A stretch of 62,383 bases of DNA, counting the filler, from Sarea resinae (Eukaryota), in assembly GCA_026026165.1 (NCBI GenBank). It is 2 parts of 2 records of this genome, joined end to end, with 100 filler letters (N's around TTAATTAATTAA, not from the genome) between each part and the next. Parts side by side here need not be neighbours in the genome. Positions count along the whole stretch, not along the records: positions 31,235 to 62,383 come from JAPEUD010000126.1; 1 more part is not named here. One strand, 5' to 3'. The notes beneath the pieces were generated by a model. That model saw only the letters and a list, made by a program, of their open reading frames with translations, made no database searches and was not told where the DNA came from. Each line of letters starts with the position of its first letter. The first letter of the stretch is position 1. Positions 35,844 to 47,917 of this stretch are shown here, piece by piece. A program made the position numbers and the translations under genes.

Positions 35844-36426
35844 GATGGTGATGTTGATGGTGGTGCCGGTATGCAAGTATGTCGAGTGGTCACGGGCGAC
35901 GGGCGATGGGCGATGGGCGATCCGCAATCAGATCAGTTGCATTGCAACATTGAATGCTCGTTCCCTCACCCTCGCTTGTTGTTTACATGGGACAGGGGCA
36001 GCAGCGCGAGTAAACATGATGACCTAATCGGCACGGCTCACGTGCTGACGGTACCTGGAACTTCGTATCTCACTCGGTCTCGCGGTACCTCGTACCTCGT
36101 ACGGCGTACCTCCGTACTCCATCACATGCAAAGCGATGCGCGACCAGCAATGACCAAGTCGTGACTGCCCTTTCTTTCTCTTCCGTTCCTTTCCTCCCGG
36201 TCATATCCATTGGCATTGCAGTGGACATAGTCTCTCGGCCCTGGAGACCTGATTGTCCATAAGGGCCTTGATCGAACGGCATCTTCCCTCCTCTCCGCCT
36301 CATGGAAGGCGCGAATTGCACGGAGAGAGCTCTTTGATACTGCAGAATACTGCAGAATTGAGACTTTCGCATCGTATCGCAGCGCATCGCATCGCCTCGC
36401 CCGCCGCACGCCCGCTTCCGCGAACC

Positions 36427-37719
36427 ATGGAGAAATACTCGCAATATCGAGACAGGGGTATGCCCTCCTCCTTCTCCTTTCGTCATCTCCATCATCGATC
36501 AATTCCTCTTTGGCTCCATCGCAAGAGAATTGTCAATTGACTCGAGACTTTGCATCTTGCCAGGCTCGGGCATCGCGCCCTTCTTCCCCGTACCCACTCA
36601 ACCGTCGGGCCTCTACCTGCCGATCCACATCTTTCTCTTCTGCGTGCGGATTCCGATCCTGCTCACCGTCTCCCTGACCTACTTCTTCTTCCTGCAATGG
36701 CTGCCCCTGGGGTCCCTCGCCAAGAAGGCCATCCTGTGGCTCATGCTCGGCGTGCCGGGAATCTGGTGGATCGATCTCCAGATCGACGGCGTCAAGAAGG
36801 GGTAAGGAAGTTCTCTTCATACCCCGCAAAACCATCGAACATGTCAGGCTTGAAGTGAACTAACCGCCTTGTCTGTGCCCGCGCATACAGGTCACTCGCA
36901 AAACACCACCCTAAACGCCTCCCTCACGCCTCTTCCATAATCGCCTCCTCCTTGACCTCGCCAATAGACTCCCTCTACCTAGCCGCAATCTTCGACCCCA
37001 TCTTCACGGCCTCCTACCCTTCCACGCGCCTTGTCCACCGCATCTCGCTCTTCCGCGCCATCCTGCGCGCCTTCCTGCCGCCACAGCCCCACCCGCCAGC
37101 ATCGGCCACGCCGCACCTCGTGCCGCTCTCCACTCTCCTCCAGAAACACCCGAAACGCATCATCGTCGTCTTCCCCGAGACAACGACCACCAACGGCCGG
37201 GCCATCCTGCCCTTCAGCCCCTCCCTCGTCACCATCCCGCCAGGCACGAAAATCTTCCCCATCTCCCTGCGCTACACGCCGGCCGACATCACGACCCCGG
37301 TGCCGGGCACGTATGCGTCCTTTCTCTGGAACCTCTGCAGCAAGCCTACGCACTGCATCCGCGTGCGCATCGCCGAGAGCCAGCAGAATACCGCGGCCCG
37401 AAACCCGACCCTGACCACCTTTGCCAAAAACTCGTACGCCACCAATTTCCTCGACACGCTGCAGGCCGACGACGACGTCGAGAGCAGCACGGACACGCTC
37501 GTGGGCTCGGAGCCGGACCTGACGATGGGTATGGGCGGCGGCGGCACCACCCCCGCGCCACCGCCGGACGGGGAGGCCCTGACGGGCGAGGAGAAGCGCG
37601 TCCTCGAGCGCGTCGGCGAAGCCCTGGCACGTCTGGGCCGCGTCAAGCGCGTGGGCCTCGGCGTGCCGCAGAAAGTCGAATTCGTCAAGGCGTGGACGAA
37701 GACGAAGAAGAGACGATGA
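36427..37719 (+). CDS. LOA1: Lysophosphatidic acid:oleoyl-CoA acyltransferase (Loa1/Vps66 family)
   Basis: MEKYSQYRDRG|SGIAPF N-terminus. Introns 36458-36563 and 36802-36890. Motifs TSPID and VFPETTTTNGRAILPF. Confidence 0.88.
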
Positions 37720-38397
37720 GATTGTCTTCGTCTCTCCTTTCTTTTTTTCACACGCCTCATCTAGCCTTGTATCTATCTATCCCATCGGTCTGTCTGTCTA
37801 TGTATCTACCCCATGTAACCAAACCCACATGTCCTATTTAGAAGGGAATCTTCTTTTGTCCTACAAGAAGGAAAACAGCCTCGAAGGGAGGGGGCGAGGT
37901 GGAAAGGGGGAAGAGAAGAGATGGGAAGCCAGGAGAATCCAATCCAATCCAACCCAATCCAATCCATAGAACCCAAACAAAACGAACCATTCCATCCATC
38001 ATCTATCATCCTCTTATATCTGCTTCCATTGCTTCCATTGCCGCCTACTCAGCTCCACTCTACTCGACTCCACTCCTCTCCCCCGTCTCCAGCCCCCGCC
38101 GATGTTTGGGATTTGTAAGATTAGGTATGTATGTAGCAGTTTGATTCTTCTAGGGAGAGGTTCAAACTAGGTGGGTGGGGGTATGTCGTCGTTGTTGCGG
38201 CAACAAAAAGTCAAAGAAATGTCTCACGCAGCCTGAGAGAAGAAAAACGGGGCCAAGGACCAAGGGCATCAAGCCCATCTGACTCCATCGTTACGCCTAT
38301 CGTCTCCTGCAGCGCCAGACAAAAAGAACCGAAAAACGCCCCTCTCCACCAACCTCGTGACCCCTTCGTCCATACGACTCGCCCGCAGAGAGACGGA

Positions 38398-40320
38398 TCA
38401 AGCGCCCATCACCATTCTCGCCGTCACGGCCTCCGTGGCCAAGGTCTCGACTCTTCGCGCGTAGAGCGTCATCATGTGCATCACGGGGTCGCCGAAGACC
38501 ACGCGCCGCAGTTCCTGGTCGGTCGTTATGCACGCACGGACGGGGCCGTCCTCGACTCTTGCTGTCGCCGGGCCGCCTCCGAGGGACTCGGAGCGTAAGA
38601 GGACCAAACGGCCTGCGTTTGAGAGGATGGATGGCGGGGTGGTCCATATTGGCAGAGGCATGTAGATTCGTTGTTGCTGCTCCTGTTGTTGTGGTGATGG
38701 ATGATACGCTGGCTTTCCTGCTTTGAATCTGTCCTTGGCTTTTTGACAGAGAGGGCGGGGGCTTTTGGATTTCTTTGGCAGTGGGAGGAGACTCGAGAGG
38801 CAGGAGGAGCCGGGTGAAGGGGAGGCGTAGAGGTCGAGGAGAGAGCGGACGTAGGCTCTGTCTGCGCGGGTGACGGGATCGCCTTCGTTGATGAAAGAGA
38901 GGAAGAGGGAGTTGTGGAGGCGTGGGAGGTGGGGCTTTTGGAGCGGCAGGAGGGAGACCGGGGGACTGCCAAAGGTGATGCAATGGATGCGCTTGAAGCC
39001 TGGGTCGGTCGAGCTATATTAGCGTTTACTTAGTTATAGGGGCTGCCGAGCAAGAGAGAAACCAACATCCCGTAAGCAGATTTAATTCTGACTCGATGGT
39101 CTCGGATACCATATGGGAGTACAGGAGAGAGGCGATTGCGCCCCCGGCCGAGTGACCCGTGATGAGGAGCGAGAAGGTGCTTCGAGAGGGGTCTTCTTCG
39201 AGGAGCGTGCGTAGCCGTGCCGCGACAGGTTTTACCATTTTACGAGCCACGGCCAGGAATCCAGAATGACAGAGATTTCCGGCATCATCCTAAGCAATGG
39301 TATCAGCAACTAGAAGTAAGAGTGCTAAGAAGTTAGAATGGCTTACCAAAAAACCTTCCGGTGATGCTGGCGTCGTCTTGAGGTTGACGGCCCAGTCCAT
39401 GAAGGTCTGGGTCCCTCGGATGGCAAAAACGACCGTGTTCATGGCATCCAAGGGTACGGATTTGATGACCATAGCCTTGGTGCCTAGCCTCCAGTCTGCA
39501 CCTATGAGGGTCTCACGTTCGGCGCCCGAAGGCTCATTGTAGACACGTTCTGAGTACTGAGCCGCAAGACATATCAGAGGCCATGTGGGGATGTATCTGT
39601 GTAGTCTAAGCATGGGATTCCACTATTGATTACAGGCCTGGTAGAGGACTTACAGCTTCAGAGGCGGCAGATTGGGTGGTAGTCTCGAATTAGCATAAAG
39701 ATGCACTTTTGAAAAATGGTTTCTGCTGGTGGTGATGGCTACAGATGGGTCTTGCTTGACATCATTGGGGAGCCGCACGACGTTGGCGTTGACCATCGGA
39801 TTGTCTCTGACTATGATCGTTGGAGCTTGATAGATGACTTGAATGGGTAAGCAGACGTAATCAATTCTAGGTTTGACCGCATACTAAATTCTCGCTCATC
39901 ACCATTGAACAGTTCGCCATCGATCGAGGTAATGACAGCATCTAGTCTTGACGACATTAATTCATAGAGGGCTGCACCGTGATTGAGCCAATGCGTTGCC
40001 CCCACCTGCATCAAGTCCATCTTGCCATTCACAGATTGAAGTGATTCGATTGCGGGTTTCTGGAGATTCGAGGCAGGTTGCCGTCCCAGCTGCTGAGTCG
40101 ATGGCGGCGGTAGGCATGGAACTGATTGCGCTGCGGGGCCCTGTTGATATCGATAGAGAGCCTTGTCACCACAAGCCGAACCCCATTGATCTGGAGGGCC
40201 GGTGATATTGGCCGAACATTGGGGCAAATTGACCATGGACTTCAGTTCCTGCTTGCTCGCTGCTTTCTTCATCTTGGGCTTGGCATCGGACTTCGGTTTC
40301 CTGAACATGAAAGATGCCAT
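38398..40320 (-). CDS. Lipase class 3 family protein
   Basis: Multi-exon. YANSRLPP, VFAIRGT..FMDWAVNL, CHSGFL, ITGHSAGG, FGDPVMHMMTLY. Confidence 0.88.
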
Positions 40321-41121
40321 CTTGAATCAGTGCTCAGCCACGATCGTGTCGTCTGCAGGCTTCCGGGCAGCGTGCGGGGGCAGCTTCCACGTGAGCATTG
40401 GCGACCATCAACTGGATGGATGATGAAACACAATGAATTCGACTCGGAAGACACGACTGTTTGGACATATGACAGCAGTGCAAGTAAGGGGACAAGACAT
40501 TTGCGGAAGGCGGGAGGGGCGTAGATAGACAGAGGTCGGGGTGCAGGAGTGTCGACAGCTTCGACGTGAGCTCCACTATCACCTACTATGAGTACAACCT
40601 AAGGTCTTGATTGATTGCCTATGAATAGCACATAAAGGAGGACAAGCGTACGCACCCCCAATCCCGAGTTGACGCTTGGTGGCCGACGCAATGGATCCCT
40701 GGAGCACTGGGGCAGTGCTGTGCTGCCGACGGTTGATGGCCATGGCCAAGTCGAACGCGACAGGTGGGTTACCCGGCAGCCCGAGGGACTGCACTGAAGC
40801 CAGATGGGATCCATCATCAATCAATTCATGATCAGTCCCTGACGACAGAGTACCTCGGGCTACCTCACCTCCCTCACGGCAGAAGTACCTCTCGATCCGT
40901 CCTTGTATGCCTCCACCACCTGCCTAACTCTCCGCTCTACTCGCGAGGGAAGGTCACTCAGGTATCCCATCATCCAACCCATTCCATTGCTGTACAACCC
41001 CGGATTCCTCACCCTCCCTCGACTTCACCAGTCCGACTGACGAAATGTCGAGCTGCCAGCTATAACATCCAGACGACATCTCCCCAATGGCTATGGTTGA
41101 TTCCTGCTCTACACTGTCGGC

Positions 41122-44100
41122 ATGAGTTGGGATCTGCTCAAGCGCTTCATTGAGAGTGAGCATTTCAATAACGATCCGTTCCTCTCGGTCGCCTACCTCT
41201 CGTATGTCGTCCCAACATTTGCTCCCAGCTGCCTGCCCCTCGAATCCATGCGCTGACTCCCTTTGTAGACGGTATGCCGACCACGTGGGCATTCATTATG
41301 TCCTCTGCTCCAAGTTGCGCCAATTCAGCTATGAGGAGATTGAGTTCTTCTTACCGCAGTTATGCCACCTCATAGTCAGCGTCGATAATGAGTCCATGGC
41401 CTTGGAGGAGTTCATCCTCGACTTATGTGAAGAGTCCGTGAGCGGGGCCCTGTTGGTATGCAAACCATCCCCACCCCAAAGAGAACACACGTGGAGAGAC
41501 GGGACATATAGGAGAACCGTCCATGTCTGACTCTAACGCCGGACAGACTTTCTGGCTTTTCCAGACGTACTTGCATGACCTCTCCGGCAATCCCCAATCC
41601 AATGCCTTCAGGACTTGTCGACGGGTGTACAACAAGGTCGAAAATATCGTCTTCGGGGTTTCACAGCCTTCGCGACAAGAAAAGCTCAACGAAAATGTCC
41701 TCCCAGTATCAGTGCTGGCCAGCTTCGTGTTGGCGGGTGCCGCGGCTCCTTTCCTCCCTCGTTACGCAGGACCCCTTGCTATAGCTCAAGCCAGGAAGCC
41801 GAGGCCTAATGACGAGACTATATCGGACCCCAATCAGACTCAAAAATTGGGAAGGAGTAATACTGTTGCCGCGCATCCAAAACCAGGACGAAAGGGAAAA
41901 CCTGGCCCTTTAGCGACAAGCGGCCAAAACCTCAAATACGATGTGGATGATGGACCGAAGACATCTCGAACAACATCCAAATCGCGGCCCCTCTCCGCCA
42001 GAATAGATGCTTTGACCGCAGCGCCAGCACGCCCTCCCCTGACCTCCACACGCTCTGAAGGAGATCCTCGAATTAGCACAATGTCTCTACCAGATATCAT
42101 AACCTCGAAGGACATATTATCACCCTCCCCAAGAGCATCGCCAAAACTGTTGCGTTCTCCCGCTACTTCTTCACTTTCTTCTCCGAGACGTCACTCCCAT
42201 GTTGTCAGCCCTCTACAGCCTACCGCTATGTCTCGAAGCAAAAAAACTCAGGCTTTGAGATCAAATTATTTTCGAAACGAGACTCAATTCCTCAGGGCTC
42301 TTGAAGATATCTCAAACAGGCTGGTGATTGTGCCCAAGCCCGCCCGTCTCAGTGCATTACGGGCCGAATTGGCTCTGATCTCCCAGGATCTTCCAACGGA
42401 AGTAGACGTTCCGCTTATCTGCCCAGCCTTCCTCCAGAATGGCTCTCCTGGGCGGAGTAAGCATCATCGGATCGTTAGACTCAATCCCGCGGAGGCAACA
42501 GTTCTCAACAGTGCGGAGCGCGTTCCTTATCTACTGATGGTGGAAGTTCTTCGAGAAGATTTCGATTTTGATCCGGACTCAGACAACAATGAGAGATTAC
42601 TTGCGACACTTGTGTCGGAAAAGGCCAATGGTCGTCGTAAGATCTTTGATCTGACTGGTAGCTCCCAGTCTCATCTGAAGGAGCAGAACCCCCAAGTCCA
42701 GATAGACAGTGTTTTCGAACCATTCACTGGTGACTTGGGAACATCCCCCTTATTGTCCGAATTCGACGACGAAGAGACGCCGCGAGCAAGCGTGGACCCC
42801 CGGTTCCAGAGCGCAGGAGCCTTCCCTGCCGCTCATCCCTCGCGAGTTTCGAGCAGTGCGAACACGCTCTCCACAATATCAAATCTTTCCACCCCCCGAA
42901 CATCCGACATGTCTAGTCTTCGATCAAACAGCCCCTTGCCATTCAGGAAGATGACCTTGCCTGCCAGCTCTCGACAGCTAGGTGCTGACCAACCTGATTT
43001 CTCTGCTCTAGCGACCCACATGCGGACTGCTGCTCAGATGCTCGCTCAGCTAGATTCCAGCGGATCGAAACGACCGAGAGATGAGGTTGCTGCCATCAAA
43101 GCGAAAATCATCGCCAGTATGCAGAGCCTTGAAGAGCAAAGTTTTTACACGGAGGAGTCTAGCAGTACCCCCACCTTCGACACCATTATGGCGAGTGCCA
43201 GCACTGAAGCAACCGCTAGCGATGACCTTGATCTCGACGATGAGACAGCACAATTGTCAAGGTTACGTAGTGGGGCTGGAGCCGCTCGAATGGAGAACGA
43301 TCAAAAGACTGGCGGCATAGAACGCAAAGGTGACCGTGATGATCCAAGCGCTGCAACATTTGGGGAGGAATGGAACACCAAAAAGGAGAGGATTAGAAAA
43401 TCTTCACCATATGGTTGGATGAAGAATTGGGATCTGCTCAGTGTGATTGTCAAAACAGGTGCCGACTTAAGGCAGGAATCGTTTGCTTGTCAGCTAATTC
43501 AAGTCTGCGGAAAGATCTGGCAAGACGCTGGAGTTCCTGTCTGGGTGAAACAGATGCGCATACTGGTGACTGGCGAGGTAGGTCGGCATCGAGTGAGTGC
43601 CCGAAATTGTTATTGACTGGATGTAGTCTTCTGGCTTGGTGGAGACAATTACGAACGGAGTTTCCTTGCACTCTCTTAAGCGCAGTCTTACTTTGGCCAC
43701 ACTTGCTGCCGGTACTAACCCACGGGGTCGTATTGCGACCTTGAAAGATCACTTCATCAAGGTTGGTACCATTGCTTGTATAGGTGGAGCTCTATGCTGA
43801 CGAGGCACAGAGTTTTGGGGAGCCTGATACGGATAGCTATAAAGCTGGCGTAGATGCATTCAAACGATCTCTAGCGGCGTATAGTATGATCTGCTATGTG
43901 CTTCAGCTCAAGGACCGACACAACGGCAACATACTCATAGGTATGATACTCTTGTTTTCCGCTAAGACTCGTCAAAGCTAACAACTTGATATCTAGATAA
44001 CCAAGGCCGTAAGCAGTAACCTATTTACTCACATGATCTATCTGTTCCTAATGATTTTTCAGATATCATACACATTGATTTTGGTTTCATGCTTTCCAAC

Positions 44101-44663
44101 TCCCCTGGCTCCGTCGGCTTCGAGGCCGTCCCCTTCAAGCTAACTCAAGATTACGTCGACGTCCTGGGAGGCGTGGGGTCCTCCACCTTTGAGGAGTTCA
44201 AAGAGTTATGCAAGATGTCGTTCCAAGGTACGTAGTATATTCCATCCGTACCAGATTGCTTCCGGTCATTTTAAATGTGTCTTCCGTACTCACATGCCCC
44301 CTTAATGACAGCACTTCGCAAATCCGCCGACAACATAGTCATGCTCGTCGACATGATGGGCAAACACTCCAATCTACCCTGCTTCGCTGCCGGAGCCGTC
44401 CACACGACGAGTTCTCTACGGCAGCGGTTTCAGCTCCAGCTCAGTCAAGACGAGGCCGAGCAGTTCGTCGAGACGGATCTGATCGGGAAGAGTGTAGGGA
44501 GCTATTACACGAGACTGTAAGTCTTGTCTGGCGTTTCTTCCCTTGGAACACCCGCCACTGGATCTATTGCTCTCATGTTGTTCATTCACATTGTTCGGAG
44601 GGATGCTTACTGCTACTTGATAGCTATGACACGTTTCAATATCGCACGCAAGGGATCTACTAG
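41122..44663 (+). CDS. PIK1: Phosphatidylinositol 4-kinase beta (Pik1)
   Basis: MSWDLLKRF..EIEFFLPQL, LNSAERVPYLL, DDPSAA, IVKTGADLRQE, KDRHNGNIL, HIDFG. Multiple GT-AG introns, including a 12-nt micro-exon at 43997-44008. Confidence 0.95.
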
Positions 44664-45284
44664 ATGGACATTACAGAAAAGATGGAGAGTGAAAGATTTG
44701 AAAAGCGTGGAAGAGGTTGCATTGCATGGCATGGCACTATGTTTTCTCTTTTTGTCTTCAATCATCGCCATTTGGAATGGGAGCCGTTTATTTTCCTATT
44801 TTCTCTCCATTTCTCTTCTCTTGTTTTCGGCTTCTTGGTGCGCGTCACCCCGCTGGCGTCCCAACATTCCACTTCTCCTTCTTACTCTTTCTCATTGTCG
44901 TCTTCTTCGTCTTCTTCAAACTCCGGAAGACGAATGAGGCCCATAAGGTCGCCCTACCTACCTACCTACCTACCTCTACCAACCAAGCATCCCGCCTATT
45001 GATTCATCGCCCCGTATGTATACCCAACCCCTAGCTATCCCGCCTTCATCATCATCATCTTCTTCTTCATCTTCATCTTCATCATCAAACCTCGCCTCAA
45101 CCCCATCCCATCCCATCCCGTCCCAATTCTCCCTCTCTTCTCCCACGTTCTCCTTTCTTGTCTCCTCACTTTTTTCTTGCCTTTGAATTTTTCTCCTAAT
45201 TTTCCTTATAGCATTTTCACCGGCATTTGCACATCAACCTGCGTCGCATCATCTTGCGTCACATCGTTTCATGTCACCTCTTAT

Positions 45285-46170
45285 CCTATCGTATCGTATC
45301 GTGTCACCTCATATCATATCATATCATATCATATCCCATCCCATCATATCATATCACACCTGCGAGCAAGAATCTCGGAGGGAAGAATAGGGCAGGAGCA
45401 AGTACAGGTACAGGTACAATGCTGGCACACATACGTGCGTGCGTGCGTGCGTGCGTGCGTGCGTACGTATTCCTGGACCCCAACCTCACTGGACTGGCTG
45501 GCTGGACATGGGGGAATTTTTCTTCTTCTCATCGAATGCATGGATGGATGGATGGAAACATGATCTTCCATTTTTCTTTTTTTTTTTTTTTTTTTTCGTT
45601 TTTTGGCATTGTTCTCTTTCTCTTTTCTATGTTCTATTGAGAGATTGAAGATGCAGATGAAGATGACAGGAGAGAAAGAAAGGAAAAATAGAAATGAGAT
45701 TCATGAGTGAGGGATTGAGGGATTGATGGATTGATTGAACCGATGCCTTGACACTGACCTAATCTAACCTCACCTAACCTAACCTAACCCGAGCTGATAT
45801 GACATGACAAGACACGACATGACCTAGAAAACACCATGGCCCCGCCCCAATCCGCATATTTGTAGAAAGAGAAAAAGATAAGATAAAATGTATCCCCACG
45901 CTCCGGCAGCTCTCAGTCCTATCATTGCTACCGTGTTAATGCCCATGCCTATGCCCATGCCTATGCCTATGCCCATGCCCATCCGTGGCTATGCCCTTGC
46001 CGATACTCATGACCATGACCATGACCATGACCATGCCTATGCCTGTCCCTGTGCCCATCCCTATGCTGTGCCATGTATAAATAAATAAAAAAATGAGAAG
46101 CAATGAATAGCCCCTTTCCCCTTTCCCCTTTCCCCTTTCCCCTTTCTCCTTTCCCACTTTCCCCCTTTTC
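45285..46170. repeat. Dense microsatellite cluster: (ATATC)n, (GTGC)n, poly-T, (ATGCCY)n, (CATGAC)n, (TTTCCCC)n
   Basis: Read directly from the sequence, between the convergent PIK1 and velvet 3' ends. Confidence 0.9.
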
Positions 46171-46436
46171 CCTTCCGGGGCAAAACCCATCGGCAAAATA
46201 TCCGTGGTGAGAAGAAGAGAAAGAAAGAAAGAGAAAAGAAAATGCCACATGGATCCGAATACTCCGTGGTCTGATATCATCATCATGGGGGAGTGTGCGC
46301 GTGTACGCCTGCAATTTCCCCAAAGAGGCTTGCGCCTGAGCAAATTCGCAGGAGAGATATTTCATGCCACCTTTCCCTTGACCCCCCCGCCCCGCTCCCC
46401 GTTCCGCGTGCAGTCCCGTTCTCCGTGTTCCGGTTC

Positions 46437-47917
46437 TCATTCTTTTCGTCTTCGTTTGCCCCTTCCGGCTCCCTTTTGCGACGATTCGGCTCCTTCCTTT
46501 CCGCCCGCGCCACCTCCGCCACTACTACTAGCAGGAGGTTCCTCGCCTCCAGCCCGCCCCTGTCCCTTTTCGTGGCCCGACGTCTTCTCATTGCCCTTCT
46601 TGACGGAGATGGCGCATCCCTGCCGCTTCAGCGCGACGGTCAAAGGCGTACTGGCCCTCATGCCGGGGAAGTCCTTGGCGGTGAAGACGGTGAAGACGTC
46701 GCTCATGATGTGCGTGATGATGGGCGTGAAGCCGCCCGGCTGCAGATCCATGGGCTCGAGCCGCATGAGCACGAAGCGGAGGCGGTACTGGCCGTGCGTC
46801 CGACATGAGAGGTCCGGGAAGCAGAAGAAGCATCCCTCGTGGTCGGATTCGTCGAGGCCGACAAAGGGCGAGGCCACGAGCGTGCCCATGAGGCGGCGCG
46901 TGGTGCGGCGGTCGGGCTGGGCGAGGGCGGTTTCGTCCGACGTGCCGTTGGCGTTCCAGAGAGTGCAGTGGACGACGTTGAAGGGGTAGCGGAGTTCGGA
47001 AGAAGAGCTGGCAGATGGCGAGGACGTGGTGGCGGCGGTCGAGGGCTCGTCTTTGAGTTTGAGTTCGACGATCGGAGGAGGGTCGATGACGCGGCGGTCA
47101 CGTTCGCCGAAGCCGCACGCTCGGGCTGCAAGAGGTTGCTGGCGGACGATGATCTGGTAGCGATTGGAACTTGAGAGGAATCAGTACAATCAGAAAAATC
47201 ACTTCTCTGGGCTGATACTGACTTGCTACTTGGGGGTATCTCGTGGGAGACGATAGCGGCGTCGGCTCGCGCGGAAGAGGCATAGCCTGTGGAGGAAGAA
47301 GCAGAACCTCGGAATGAGCCCTCGGAGCCGCGATGGGCGGTATAAGCTGGCGACGGAAGCAGCCCACCGTGCTGCCGACTCATCGTCTCCATTGATTCAA
47401 ATGGCGGTGGTGCTGGGATGCCGGATCGGTGATCTTCGTACAAGGACCTCTCGGATAGCCTTCGTGGAGGCAGCCGACTTCGGAAATCCGATCTTGGAGA
47501 AACCGCAGCACCATGACGAGGAGATTGCATCGGATCAGATCTCGGTGATGTATAGGGATTAGGAGGAATGCTCGGTTCAAGCGTTGATGAAGGCCATCTT
47601 TCGAGGCTAGGATGTGATGCAGCCGGCTGCGTCAAGGTAGATTGTGGCTGTGGAAAGTCCGGTCTCTGCGGTGGAAAGTTCTGGAACTCTGGACGTGATG
47701 GCGGCGGAGGTATCGACAATGGAGGAAGCTGCGGCGGTGGTGGAAGCCGGGGATTTCTAGGATATGGCTGTGCCAAGAACGAAGGCGGGGGGAGTGCAAA
47801 GAGCCCAGCTGGCGCTGGTTGAGTCTCGACCATCGTGAAACTTGGAGGAGCAAGGTCGCGAGGATGTTCTGGCGGCGGGGGCGGGGGTGGTGGTGGTGGT
47901 GGTGGTCGACCGGACAT
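46437..47917 (-). CDS. velC: Velvet-domain transcription factor, VelC-like
   Basis: Pro-rich N-terminus. Intron 47222-47170 restores YQIIVRQQP..RACGFGERDRRVIDPPPI. Also FCFPDLSCRTHGQYRLRF and FTAKDFPGMRASTPLTVALKRQG. Confidence 0.85.

Noticed and set aside
45763..45790. CTAACC-like tract as an interstitial telomere
   Set aside because: Mostly a 5-mer (CTAAC)n among many other microsatellites, not (CCCTAA)n.
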